A stretch of DNA of 64,000 nt, taken from assembly GCA_010093995.1 (NCBI GenBank), contig ML992501.1, positions 1,270,566-1,334,565 on the forward strand, in the 5' to 3' direction. The notes under the pieces were generated by a model, which searched no databases, was not told the origin of the DNA, and saw nothing but the letters and a program-made list of their open reading frames with translations. Numbering within the stretch: the stretch's first letter is position 1; each line of letters starts with the position of its first letter. This document shows positions 13,984 to 24,463 of the stretch, one piece after another. This DNA comes from Elsinoe ampelina (lineage: Eukaryota). The position numbers were made by a program, and so were the translations under genes.

Positions 13984-14955
13984 ATGCACTTCCTCACCAC
14001 CCTCACCCTCCTCACCACGGCGCTGGTCGCCCAAGTCCACTCCTACGCCATGCCCCTCTCCTGCTCCGGCGTCTGCACCAACACCCACGACCCCTCCCTC
14101 ATCCGCCGCTCCTCCGACGGCACCTACTACCGCTTCGCCACCGGCGGCCGCATGCCCATCTTCACCTCCCCGGCCCTGACCGGCCCCTGGAAACAAGTCG
14201 GCACCGTCCTCTCCGGCGCCGCCAAAGTCCCCGGCCAAAACACCGACCTCTGGGCGCCCGACGTCTCCCTCGTCGGCTCCACCTACTACCTCCTCTACTC
14301 CGCCTCCTCATTCGGCAGTCAAAACAGCCAAATCGGCCTCGCCACCTCCAAAACCCTCGACCCCGGTTCCTGGACCGACCTCGGCTCCGTCTTCAGCAGC
14401 AAAAACGGCGACAAATACAACGCCATCGACGCCCAACTCCTCCAGCTCGGCCCCAGCAACCACGTCGTCAACTTCGGCTCCTTCTGGCAGGACCTCTTCC
14501 AATTCGACATTGACATCACCCGGCCCACCATCGCCAAGACGGCCGCCCGACAGCTGGTATACAACGCCACGGGCGCCCACGCCGTCGAGGCCGCCTACAT
14601 GGTCCAACGCGAGGGCATGTTCTACGTCTTCTTCTCGGCCGGCAAGTGCTGCGGGTACGACCGCGACCGGCCGGCCAAGGGCGAGGAGTACAGCATCCGG
14701 GTGTGCGCGAGCAAGACGCACAACGGGGGGTTCAAGGATAAGGAGGGCAGGGATTGTCTCAAGAATGGAGGGACGGTGGTGTTGGCTAGTCATGATAATA
14801 TCTATGGGCCGGGCGGGCAGGGGGTTTATCTCGATCCGAGGGAGGGGTGGTTGTTGTATTATCATTATGTGGATACAAAGGTCGGGTATGGCGATGGCCA
14901 GAAGAGGTTGGGGATTAACAAGATTAGTTGGAGTGGGGGGTGGCCGTCGGTGTAG
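13984..14955 (+). CDS. abnA: Secreted GH43 endo-1,5-alpha-L-arabinanase
   Basis: Signal peptide; motifs HDPS, LWAPDV, NAID, FGSFW, AVEAAY and IYGPGGQG; intronless. Confidence 0.93.
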   Translation: MHFLTTLTLLTTALVAQVHSYAMPLSCSGVCTNTHDPSLIRRSSDGTYYRFATGGRMPIFTSPALTGPWKQVGTVLSGAAKVPGQNTDLWAPDVSLVGSTYYLLYSASSFGSQNSQIGLATSKTLDPGSWTDLGSVFSSKNGDKYNAIDAQLLQLGPSNHVVNFGSFWQDLFQFDIDITRPTIAKTAARQLVYNATGAHAVEAAYMVQREGMFYVFFSAGKCCGYDRDRPAKGEEYSIRVCASKTHNGGFKDKEGRDCLKNGGTVVLASHDNIYGPGGQGVYLDPREGWLLYYHYVDTKVGYGDGQKRLGINKISWSGGWPSV

Positions 14956-15170
14956 AGGGGGGGAGGAAGGAGAGGGGGAGTCAAGGGGAGAGGGAGGGGG
15001 AGAGGGGGTTCGCTTCTTGGATATACTTTCGCAATGAGGCACTGCAGCAGAGAGACTGCCGTGGCCGAGTCACGAAATTCATGCACATATTTTGCTTCTA
15101 TCTTTGTCTCTTCTCAAGTCGCCGCCGTGTTCATCGTCCAGATCCACCCACCAAAGACCTTGAAGGCTAT

Positions 15171-16323
15171 TCACAGCTGCAGTGTGCCCATCTCGACATT
15201 GACTCTCGACACGGTGGTGTTCGGCTTGGTGTCAGCTTGTCTAATCAGCATCTCAGCAGGGTAAGCAGGCATCAACCTGTCTTTGTCTCCAGTTTGGTCA
15301 GTCTCGCGTGCACAATTACTTTGAGTGTGACCTACCTTCCGGTATTCCTAATTCGCGACATCGACTGTCAAAGTGCTCAAAATCGTACACGTGGCAGATA
15401 CATTGTGCTGGGATCCATCCATGGACCAGGTAGTGGTCGGGGCTTGTGTACTTCACGCCGTCCTCCTTCATCGTATACGTTTTTCCCCTGGCGTAGCGCT
15501 TGACCATGGTATCGGACCTGTCCCAGAACACGTCCAATCTGTCCATCATCTCCGTGCTAACAACAGCGACGAACCAGTCTGAGCATGCGCTGTTTTTCTG
15601 CTTCAGTGCATGCGATCGGATACGGTGCCAGATCCAGGCTATGTCTTTGTGCAGCGATATCCACTCGGATGGTTCCTCTGACTCTTCGCAGTGTTGCCGG
15701 AGTGATTGTTCGGATACATGCTTTGGTTTACCACGTTCTCCGACGTCTTTGAATGGCTGGCACCCTGGATCAGCAAGGGCAGTGCACAAGAATCCCATCT
15801 GCGGGTGAAATAGTGTGTGCGATTCCTTGCGGTATGCCCTGAGTAGCAGCTGAGGCTCCTGCCAAATGGATGTTACACCAGGACGCAATACAAGCTCTGG
15901 GAAGCTCTTCAAGTGCAAACCCAAGAGAGAGCGTGCCGCGTGGGCAGAATCGATGACTCTGAGTGCAGACTTTTTGGCTTCATTCTTGAGGATCTTGATG
16001 TTCTCTGTCAGGGTTCGGTGTATGTTGGCATTGGAACGAGGTGGTAGAGACTTCTCCCCAAGATTGCCTACCCGGGAGAGGCACCTTTCAAAGGCGAGTT
16101 CCATGCCGAAGATGGATCTTGTTTCATCGACTTGCCAGATCAACCCATTGAGGGCCTGGATATCAGGATCAATTAGAAATCCTCTGCCCTTGGGCGGTAC
16201 CCAGATCTCGCCGTTGTCGTCGGTGTCGTTCGCCGAGTGATCCCATTCTGGTCCAAGTGAAACGATGGGTATACCGAACCCATCTTTCCGGTTCGTGTAA
16301 TTGCGAAGCAAGTCTGCCTCCAT
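15171..16323 (-). CDS. Paralog A: cytosolic protein with a putative ART-like (DUF7587-like) domain
   Basis: 335-codon ORF with LLLRAY, SEWISL, DRLDVFWDRSD and HYLVHGWIP. Phase-1 intron donor at 15335. The acceptor is either 15287 (GAG, giving a stop at 15171) or 15277 (immediate stop), so the end is uncertain. Confidence 0.75.
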
Positions 16324-16852
16324 GGTCTTTGCACAGGTGATTGCTACTACTCATCGTGACAAGGCGGACGAACATATGTGGACGCAATCGTAGGTGCGAC
16401 CTCAAGGTTACACAGACGAATGCTGCCTGAACACTGAACAACCTCGGTTACGCAAACCACTGTTATCTCGCAAGGGTACACTGGCTCTCACACGCTTCTT
16501 TCATGACCTTGTACAAAACTGTCGAACTACTCGTAAATTGTCGATGACTCAGTCTCGCTATTGCAAGATCACGCTACCTTGACCCTGGACGTGGAATCAG
16601 CACTCCGCAATAAGGTTCTCGCGCAACGTCTGAGTCTGGTCGTTGTAAATTTGGGATATGCATCTCACTACTGGCGTGGCTCAGGCACTAGAACGGTATT
16701 AGCGGTGCTTGCTAGGCTGAGATAAGAGTGATACATACAAGGTACATTGATGGCTGGGTCCTGCACTGACTTGATCCCGAGCAAGTCCATCATAACCTTC
16801 AGCCTCTCATGAGCTGACTTGACTTCTTGGATAGTATCAGCCAGCTGCTGCA

Positions 16853-17915
16853 TCAGTTGCTCTCGTCCCCAGAGGGCGATGAGTCTGGCAACTGGGGATT
16901 CGGCGATGACATAGCTTCCGTCTGCAACAGTTCAGTATTCTGTGGTTGCCAAATGTGCTGCCTGCTTACCTTCTCTGACTCCCAACGACTCCAGTACCTC
17001 TTCAAACTCAACGAAAGTGTATGTCTTCACAACAGCAGCCTGTGGAATCCAACCATGGGCAAGGAAGTGCCGTGGCTCAGCGTTGCGGACTGGAGCATTG
17101 GGACCCAAGGCCGTATGGACAAGCTTGTCAGATCTGTCCCAATACACCTTGAGCCGATCGAGCGCATCTGTCCGGACAATGCTGAAGCGCCAAGTGTCCT
17201 CGCCCGCCCCCTTCCGCTTCTTATCAATGGCTGTTCGCGCCCATCTGTGCGCCAGGACTAGATCATCGGACATCGATATCCAGGGTATCTTTGGGCACTT
17301 GGTCCCTTCACAATGCTCCTTCAGTCTGTTCTTTGGGTCGACTAAAGGATTCTGCAAAACTTCTGGTATCCAGTATCCCCACCCTCGAGCACGGAAGCCA
17401 AGATTGTCATGTAAGGCTGTCTCGGAAGTGGTTCGCCAGGCTCGAACAAGGAGTCGAGGAGAGCGGCCTGCGTAGATGCCATCATCGACAAGATCCGGCA
17501 GACCTGCCACGAGCTGTCGACTGCGACACAGCACCTTCTGGTCCATTTCCACGGCTTGATTGTTCATGCGGACGACTTCCGCCTTGATTGAAGCAAGGAT
17601 ATCCGCCTTTGATCTATCGAGGTCGACGGAAGCTCTGCATGAGCCGACTTCGGTCAGGTAGCCATTCATCTGGCAGAGTCCTTTGTGGTCAAATTTGAAG
17701 CGCATGGCTGCTTGGCTGTATTCCTCGCACCGACGAGACACCAACCCAGCCTCGACCCAGTTGATTGGGACACATACATCGGTCGTCTGCTCCGTAAGCT
17801 GCTTGACTGGCTCTTCATCTGAGCTATCGTCGTCGGCAAATTCAGTCATCTGAACTGGCTTTGGGAGTTCATATACTTGATCTTTTGCGTTCAATCTGTG
17901 TCGAGCGGAGGGCAT
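16853..17915 (-). CDS. Paralog B: putative ART-like (DUF7587-like) domain protein
   Basis: Motifs LLVRAW, IPWISM, DRLKVYWDRSD and HFLAHGWIP. Intron 16922-16969; last exon DGSYVIAESPVARLIALWDESN*. Confidence 0.78.
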
Positions 17916-18219
17916 TGTGCTGAATTCTCTGCTTGTGCCTTTCCGACGGTAAGATACCTGACGCCCACTTGATCAAGGGGGATTGAGAGGCCTTGGTAAG
18001 ACATTGTACAAGTTGGGCAGCGGCGGGGTAATTTCTTGTCCCTTAGGGAGCTATAGCTTCTGTGAAGGGTTTAAGCTCGAAAGACCGTTGCTGTGGATAA
18101 CTGCAGAGCTAACAGCTATGACTTCACAATGTTGACCTCGACAACTAGACCCACGATCTTCGGTCAAGGCAGAATGAAAGGAATCATCACCATCTAAAGC
18201 GTACCTGTATTGACGCTTC

Positions 18220-19252
18220 TTAGACCGGAAAGCTTGCAGGTAGCTTGGACATCAACAGCTCTGCACGCTGGATGAATCCATCATCTACATTCATTAATCC
18301 TGCAATCATACATAGAGGATCTGGAAATTTCCTTACCAGCAAATATACCCAACTCGTCACACACTTCCAAGAAGTCCTCTCCAGAGATTGTGACCATACA
18401 CTGCCTCGGTATCCATTGGTATGCCTGGTATCGTCGGCTTGCCGGCCTCTTCACCGTCAACAGAATCCACTTGGAAGAGGAGTAGCTTTCTGTTGGCCTC
18501 AGAAATTTACTAGACCGGCCGTAATAAACGTCGAGGCGCTGCATCATGCCCACACTGATAACAGCTACTCTCCACTCATTTGGCTGGTCATCATTGGACC
18601 AATTCGGTGGCTCTCTGACGACTGTCCGTAGTATTTCTCGGATGTCTCGATGCAGTGGTATCCAAGGCGAGTGTGAAGCTGGTGATCGGTCGCCGTGACA
18701 TGGGCGGTCAACTCTTGCTTGTGAGACAGTGTTGGACAGTGAAGAAGTGGCAGCCATTGCCTCCGAGGTGATCTCCGACTGGCTCACAAGTCCTAGAGAT
18801 GAATGAAAGAGGGTAGATGAGGTCTGATGATATGCGTGAAGTAAAATCCGAGGTCGACTCCTGAAGCTCCTCGGCGCAGCCTGAAGACCTGCTCTCATAA
18901 GGGCGCGCTCGTTGTCGATGTTCTTGTAGATCATGGCAGTCAGACAGTCGACCACGATCATTGTTCGCTCTGTGTCAGCTTGAAGTATCCGGAGAGCTTC
19001 ATGAGCGGTGTGATGTGGTTGGACAGAGCAGACCAGGAGCCACTTGATTTTGGCGCTTGAGGCACAGAACGGAGCGCATCTCTGAGCGGCGACGAGCAGT
19101 TGAAGGGCACGTCTGAGCTGTCTCGTCCGGTTTCCGAGGCTCTGACATATTGTATCGGACGAATAGTCGATTCTGCTGGCCGAAGGGTCGACAATCGGAA
19201 TGCCGCACTCGTCTTGGCCGCTGGTATAGCAGCTCACGGATCTGGAAGACAT
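18220..19252 (-). CDS. Paralog C: degenerate ART-like (DUF7587-like) domain protein
   Basis: Motifs ILLHAY, SPWIPL, QRLDVYYGRSS and RYQAYQWIP. Intron 18285-18336. N-terminal DECGIPIV matches DGFGIPIV of paralog A. Confidence 0.72.
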
Positions 19253-19566
19253 GGTCGCTGCGAGAATAGTATGCAGGATTGTCAGCCCAAAAAGTAGGAA
19301 TTGATTTATGATGCATCTTTGTGCGATGGCTGTACGTGATTGCTTTTGGTGTGCTTATGAGGCACAGTCGGGCGCTTAACCTCGTGCTGGTAGGTGGGAC
19401 CATCCCAACCATAATCATTTAATTCGACTAGAATTTACGAATTTGTGCGGTTAATTTGGCGCCTGCGTAGAGCTCCACTTCAGACACAATGTGTGCCTAG
19501 TCTGAAGCTGATACAGCCAAAGCGTCGGAAGAGCGACGCCGCCCGCTGCCATCCCCGAGTCAAGCC

Positions 19567-20300
19567 TTACAACGACACGCACATAAGAGCGCCTAGAATG
19601 GCTACTGGGGCCCAAGTCGTTCATCGCTGTCTGCTAGCCCCTCCAGTTGCATCTTCTGCCGTAGTGTTCGTCACCAGTCTCGTCTGGTCAGTCGGGTTTG
19701 CGTCTTTGCAGCTCTCACACTGCTTCGCGCGAGACTCGGTCTCATTGGCGAAGTTCCATGTGATTGTTCCTCCCATGCAGGCGAAGCCCGAGTCACTCCA
19801 GCATCGCTCTTGCGGCGGGGATTTGGGCGTACAAGCTCTCAATGCCGTACCATTCGGCGGGCCATCGGCGTTGCAGCCACCGAGTCGACCTTCGATTCAA
19901 ATATGGTCGACCATGAAGACAGCCCAACCTCCTTGGCCAGATGTAAGTCTGACACCAATCAATGTCGACATATCATGCTGCATGATTGTGTAGAACAACG
20001 TGCCAGTGGTGTTTTGAACCAATTGGAGGACCTGGTTTGTCTCATTTGCTGGCAGAGTCAAATTCAATGTAGCCCGGTCCGTGGCAATGCCACCATACGA
20101 GATGTTGTATCGATCGGCCCCTTGCACAGGTGAACGGGTATTCACCGAACAGTTGCGAGGACCTCCACACCAGAACCCATCAGAGATAGTGATGTTAGGA
20201 CCTGGCACAGTAGTGTCCGATTGGTAACTTCGAAAGTCGTACATGTCGAGACGACAAGAGGTATGATGGTAGATAGGAAAAAAAGATATGATGCCACCAT
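19567..20300 (-). pseudogene. Disrupted gene for a Cys-rich secreted, probably GPI-anchored protein
   Basis: Signal peptide MVASYLFFLSTIIPLVVS from 20300 is out of frame with the body. The body is one frame broken by TGA at 19897 and 19621, and ends in a hydrophobic tail TTWAPVAILGALMCVSL*. Confidence 0.65.
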
Positions 20301-20816
20301 GATATTTGATGTGCTCGGTGAGAAGCTCTGAAATGAGAATGCTGCGTACCTTCCACCTGAAGTGGGCTGCTGCTAAGTCTAAATAGCCTCTCAGGACATA
20401 GCAGCCATGCCCGTTTCAGGCGATGTAATTCTGATTAATGAAGAATACATGTTGGACCTTGAGGCACCCAACGAGAATGCGAGTGGCATCCAAGACAATG
20501 GTTCTGCCTGATCAGCGTTGGTGCCTTCAATGGCCAAGACGAGTCAGGGACGACTTCTGCAGTCTACTGTTAGGGGGACGGGAAATGTGACGTTAAGCCG
20601 GGCGGAAAGCGGAAGCCTCAATGTGATAGACCGAGAAGGATCAAAGAAGCGACCGAAGGGACAAGGGGGAGAGGGGAAGATCGGTCAAGGCGGAGAAGAT
20701 TAGCGGAGCTGGTTGAGGCGGCGGTGCGGCATTTCCGGACCGTGTCCCGTCCTTCAAGAAATTTTGGCAGAATCGTCATGCCGACTCAGTTCTACCATCC
20801 GCTGTTTGTACAACAA

Positions 20817-22481
20817 ATGGCGGGAAAGAAGTCAAGCGGTCTGCTTGCCCAGCTGGCAGACTTGGAGGATCCAACACCAAAAGGTCAGCCCCGAGTCTAC
20901 GTACCAAGCACACAACTAAACTCCACAGACTTTGACCCAGAAGATGAGCGGCCGTTCGATAGCGAGGAAGATCAGTCAGGCGATTCCGAAGAACCCGATG
21001 ACCATGCCGAGGATGCTGCTAGAGATCACTATGTCTCGGTCAGCAAAAGCAAGCTGAGGAAGTCGGAAGGGCCAAACCTAGGCCCTCGATACACTGGATC
21101 TCGAGTCAGTAGGGAAGTAGCCTTGGAAGAGGACGACCAGGATGATCCCTTTGCCCGCGGTTTCGACGACGACCCCAGTTCGGATGACGATGGAGCAGAC
21201 GCTACTATTGGAAAGGCAGACTTGGTAGAGAGTGGAGCGTCCGATGGAAGCAGCTCCGGCGACGTGGACAGGAGTGAGAGCATGAGCGACGATGAGGACG
21301 ATACTGAAGGCTCGAGCGATGATGGGAATGATATCGGGAGCACAGTCAGTCCTGCTATGAGCGGATTGCAGAAGGCTTCGAGTGCGGATGCAAGCATCGC
21401 CAGGAAATTGCTTGCCCAGAATCAAAAGTCAGTAGTGTCAACCATATCACAAGCCGCCAAAGACGAAGCGGAGAAAGGCGATGCTGTCAAGAAGCAGCGC
21501 AACACATTTGATAATCTGCTGAACATGCGGATCAAACTCCAGAAAGCTATCATTGGGACCAACACACTTTCTGGGCTCGCACGAGACTCCAAATTGCAGC
21601 CGACGGAGGACCTGGAGAGCGCATTCAAGTCAGCAGAATCGGCTGCCTTCACTCTCTGGGACTCGCTCACTAAACTTCGAGACTCACTGCAGACTGCTCG
21701 AGGTGGTAGCAAGAGAAAGCTCTCCGATTTCGCCGTGGACTCTTTGACGCCCGATCTCCTGAAGTACAACCAGACACAAGACTCTGCTTCGAGGCAATGG
21801 CAAGACTCTACCTTGGAGAAGTGGTATGCTCGGACACATGTCGACGCAACGGCAGGTCAGAACCGGAACAAGCTCTCACAGACAACCACAACGTCATCTG
21901 TGCATGACATCCTTTCAAACCATCTAAACGACACAAATAGATTGATCAAGCGAGCGCGGACACCAAGGTCATGCGCACCATATCAATTACAGCAGATCAC
22001 AGCGAAGAAGCCTCGCGCGTCGGATCCCGACGTTGCAGACGAAGACGAGCAGGTACGGCGGAGAGACACTGGTGACCCAACAATATATGATGATGCGGAC
22101 TTCTACTCTGTGCTGCTATCTACGTTACTCGAACAGAAGAGCTCATTCACACCCGGTGCGAACACGCAGGGGAAAGGCCCGAGTGAGGAAATACGAGGTA
22201 TGAATGGTTATCAGATCAGGCGAGAAGCAAAGACCAAAAAGGTTGTCGACACAAAAGCATCAAAAGGGCGGAAGCTCCGATACACGGTCCATGAAAAGCT
22301 GATGAACTATTGTGCACCCGAGGACAGAGGCGCGTGGGGCGAGCGGCAGATTGACGATCTATTCTCGAGCCTGCTCGGCAGACGGGTGGCACTCGAAAGC
22401 GACGGAGAGGATGATGCGGCAGCAGACGACGGCTGGGCAGCAGTGGAGGAAGGCGAGAAGACATTGTTATTCGGTAGATAG
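20817..22481 (+). CDS. BFR2: Bfr2/AATF small-subunit processome protein
   Basis: Acidic N-terminus, RIKLQKA, IYDDADFY, and VDTKASKGRKLRYTVHEKLMNY (TRAUB domain). Probable in-frame intron 20884-20928. Confidence 0.95.
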   Translation: MAGKKSSGLLAQLADLEDPTPKGQPRVYVPSTQLNSTDFDPEDERPFDSEEDQSGDSEEPDDHAEDAARDHYVSVSKSKLRKSEGPNLGPRYTGSRVSREVALEEDDQDDPFARGFDDDPSSDDDGADATIGKADLVESGASDGSSSGDVDRSESMSDDEDDTEGSSDDGNDIGSTVSPAMSGLQKASSADASIARKLLAQNQKSVVSTISQAAKDEAEKGDAVKKQRNTFDNLLNMRIKLQKAIIGTNTLSGLARDSKLQPTEDLESAFKSAESAAFTLWDSLTKLRDSLQTARGGSKRKLSDFAVDSLTPDLLKYNQTQDSASRQWQDSTLEKWYARTHVDATAGQNRNKLSQTTTTSSVHDILSNHLNDTNRLIKRARTPRSCAPYQLQQITAKKPRASDPDVADEDEQVRRRDTGDPTIYDDADFYSVLLSTLLEQKSSFTPGANTQGKGPSEEIRGMNGYQIRREAKTKKVVDTKASKGRKLRYTVHEKLMNYCAPEDRGAWGERQIDDLFSSLLGRRVALESDGEDDAAADDGWAAVEEGEKTLLFGR

Positions 22482-22579
22482 ACCCGAAGAACTGACAACT
22501 TGGTATTGCACAAACACGGCATCCCTGCGCCAGTACCCATGCTTGACCCATACTGTGAACGCCAATCCCATATCCTCCG

Positions 22580-24167
22580 CTACTCCCAATCCTCATCATC
22601 GCTATCATCCTTCTTCGCCTCTTTCGGACTGCTCGGCGTCTTGCTCGTTGCACCGCTGACGATGTCGTAGCTAGCGTCGCTATCGGCTGTGCTCTTCTTG
22701 TCGTCCTCATTCGACCTCCTCGGCGATTTCTCCGCGCCCTCATCAGCCTTGGGCGGCGTGAGCGTCGTCGTGCTCTGGCTCGCCGGGTTCGTCTTCCCAT
22801 CATTGACCGGCGTCGACGACTCATCCTCCTCCTCCTCCTCATCCCCCCAACCCACCTCCTCCCCATCATCCGCGGTTGCACCTGCACATCATCAGCACCT
22901 GCTCCGGCCCAGAGCGCCACATACTCACCCTTCAACACCTCCTTCCTCCTCCTCTCCTCCTCCTCAACCACCCCTTTCAAAAAGAAATACCTCCCCCAAA
23001 ACACCGCATACTCCACCTTCTCCGGGACCAACCCCCCAAACACCCTCCTCAACTCCTCATACCTCTCCAACTCCCTCGCCACCTCCTCCGTCCTCCCCTC
23101 GACATCAAACCCCCGCCAAAACCCCTCCCACTCCCCACTCTCCGGATCCTTGAGGAAACTCTCCTGCCGACTCACAATGACATGCATCTGCGCGTCAAAC
23201 CTACTCGAGTGAAACACCCTCTTGCCCTCACTATCGTTCGTCTCGAAAAGCACCTCCCGCTTCGTCCCCTCCTCCGCACCCTGCTCCGGCGCGGTGACGG
23301 TCACTGCGTCACGGAAGAAACTCCGCATGTTGCTCCCGAATTTCAGCAGCGCTTCGTCCGCCGCGTCTTCTGCTTTTTGAATGTCCTTCAGGCGCGACGC
23401 GGCTTCGAGGCGGAAGCGCGAGACCATGCTCGTGGCTTCTTTGACGATGTCGGCGGGGAGGTTCTCCACGTGTTCGGTCTCTGGGGCGGGAGCGGGGGAT
23501 GCGGACGGGGAGGAGGCGTCGGTGGCGCGGATGGTTTTGGTGGGACTGGCGGGGAGGGCGAAGGTGGGGTCGGAGAAGCTGGTCGCGCCGCTGTCGGTGG
23601 GGGGTTGGGAGAGGGAAATGCCCCGCGCGCGAGAGGCGAGGTTGCTTTGGAGGTCGGTGAGGCCTCGCGTGGCTTGGGTGGAGACGTGGGCGACTTCTTG
23701 TTGGGCGTTGGTGTAGAGGGTTTCGCCCTGGGAGCAAAGAGTGTTAGTTGTGTCCTGTCCGCATGATGTTGGGCTGCCTGATATCTCTTTCAAAGAGTCC
23801 TGCACCAAGAACCTTCCCTTTGCCGTGCGGACATGGTTGTCGATCAGACCATTCCTTGCGGGTATCTCTCCTCCTGCTTCTCTTCCAGAATCCCCCTTCT
23901 CCCCATTCGTGACTATCACCTGCCAGCCTTCCATCCATGTCCGGCACGTTCAGTCTACGACAAGGATGAAGCAGCTCTTACCTGCGCTCTGACACTCCCC
24001 CATAGTCCCCCCAGCCGCGCTCCCCATGGTGACGCGCTCACAGCCTTGAAGGCCTCCTGAAACTCCGCATTCAGTCCAGCCGGTCTATCCCCATCTTTCC
24101 GCTCTGCTCGCCCGCTCTCGTCTACCGCGAGAGCCTCTTCCTGGATGTGGTCATAGGCTACGTCCAT
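22580..24167 (-). CDS. DOS2: BSD-domain protein (Dos2-like)
   Basis: N-terminus [14 protein letters not shown] motif [17 protein letters not shown] and C-terminus DSDDEDWE. Introns 23728-23981 and ~22882-22929. Confidence 0.85.
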
Positions 24168-24463
24168 GTTGACGACGTGCGACTCATTCTCTTCCTAAGT
24201 ACTGTGGTCGAAGGTTATGTTCGGAAGGTGAGATTTGAAGGGATACGGAAGTTGAGGTTCTGCCGCGTGGTTGCGGGGAGATTGGGCTGACCTCGGGAAT
24301 GCCAAGGCCAAATCAGAAGTACCACAAATGATGGGATGGTCAGGGGCAAAGGTCAGGATATGGTGAAAATAAGTATGATCGATAGATTGGGTATCTGACG
24401 CCGGGAAATGCCTATGATGCGTGTAGAAAACAAAACACCAGTCCTGCTGACTTGAAACATCCA

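Noticed and set aside
22216..23934. 572-aa ORF as a single-exon gene
   Set aside because: It reads through introns of the BSD gene and drifts out of frame after ~22930; the spliced model ends at 22580.
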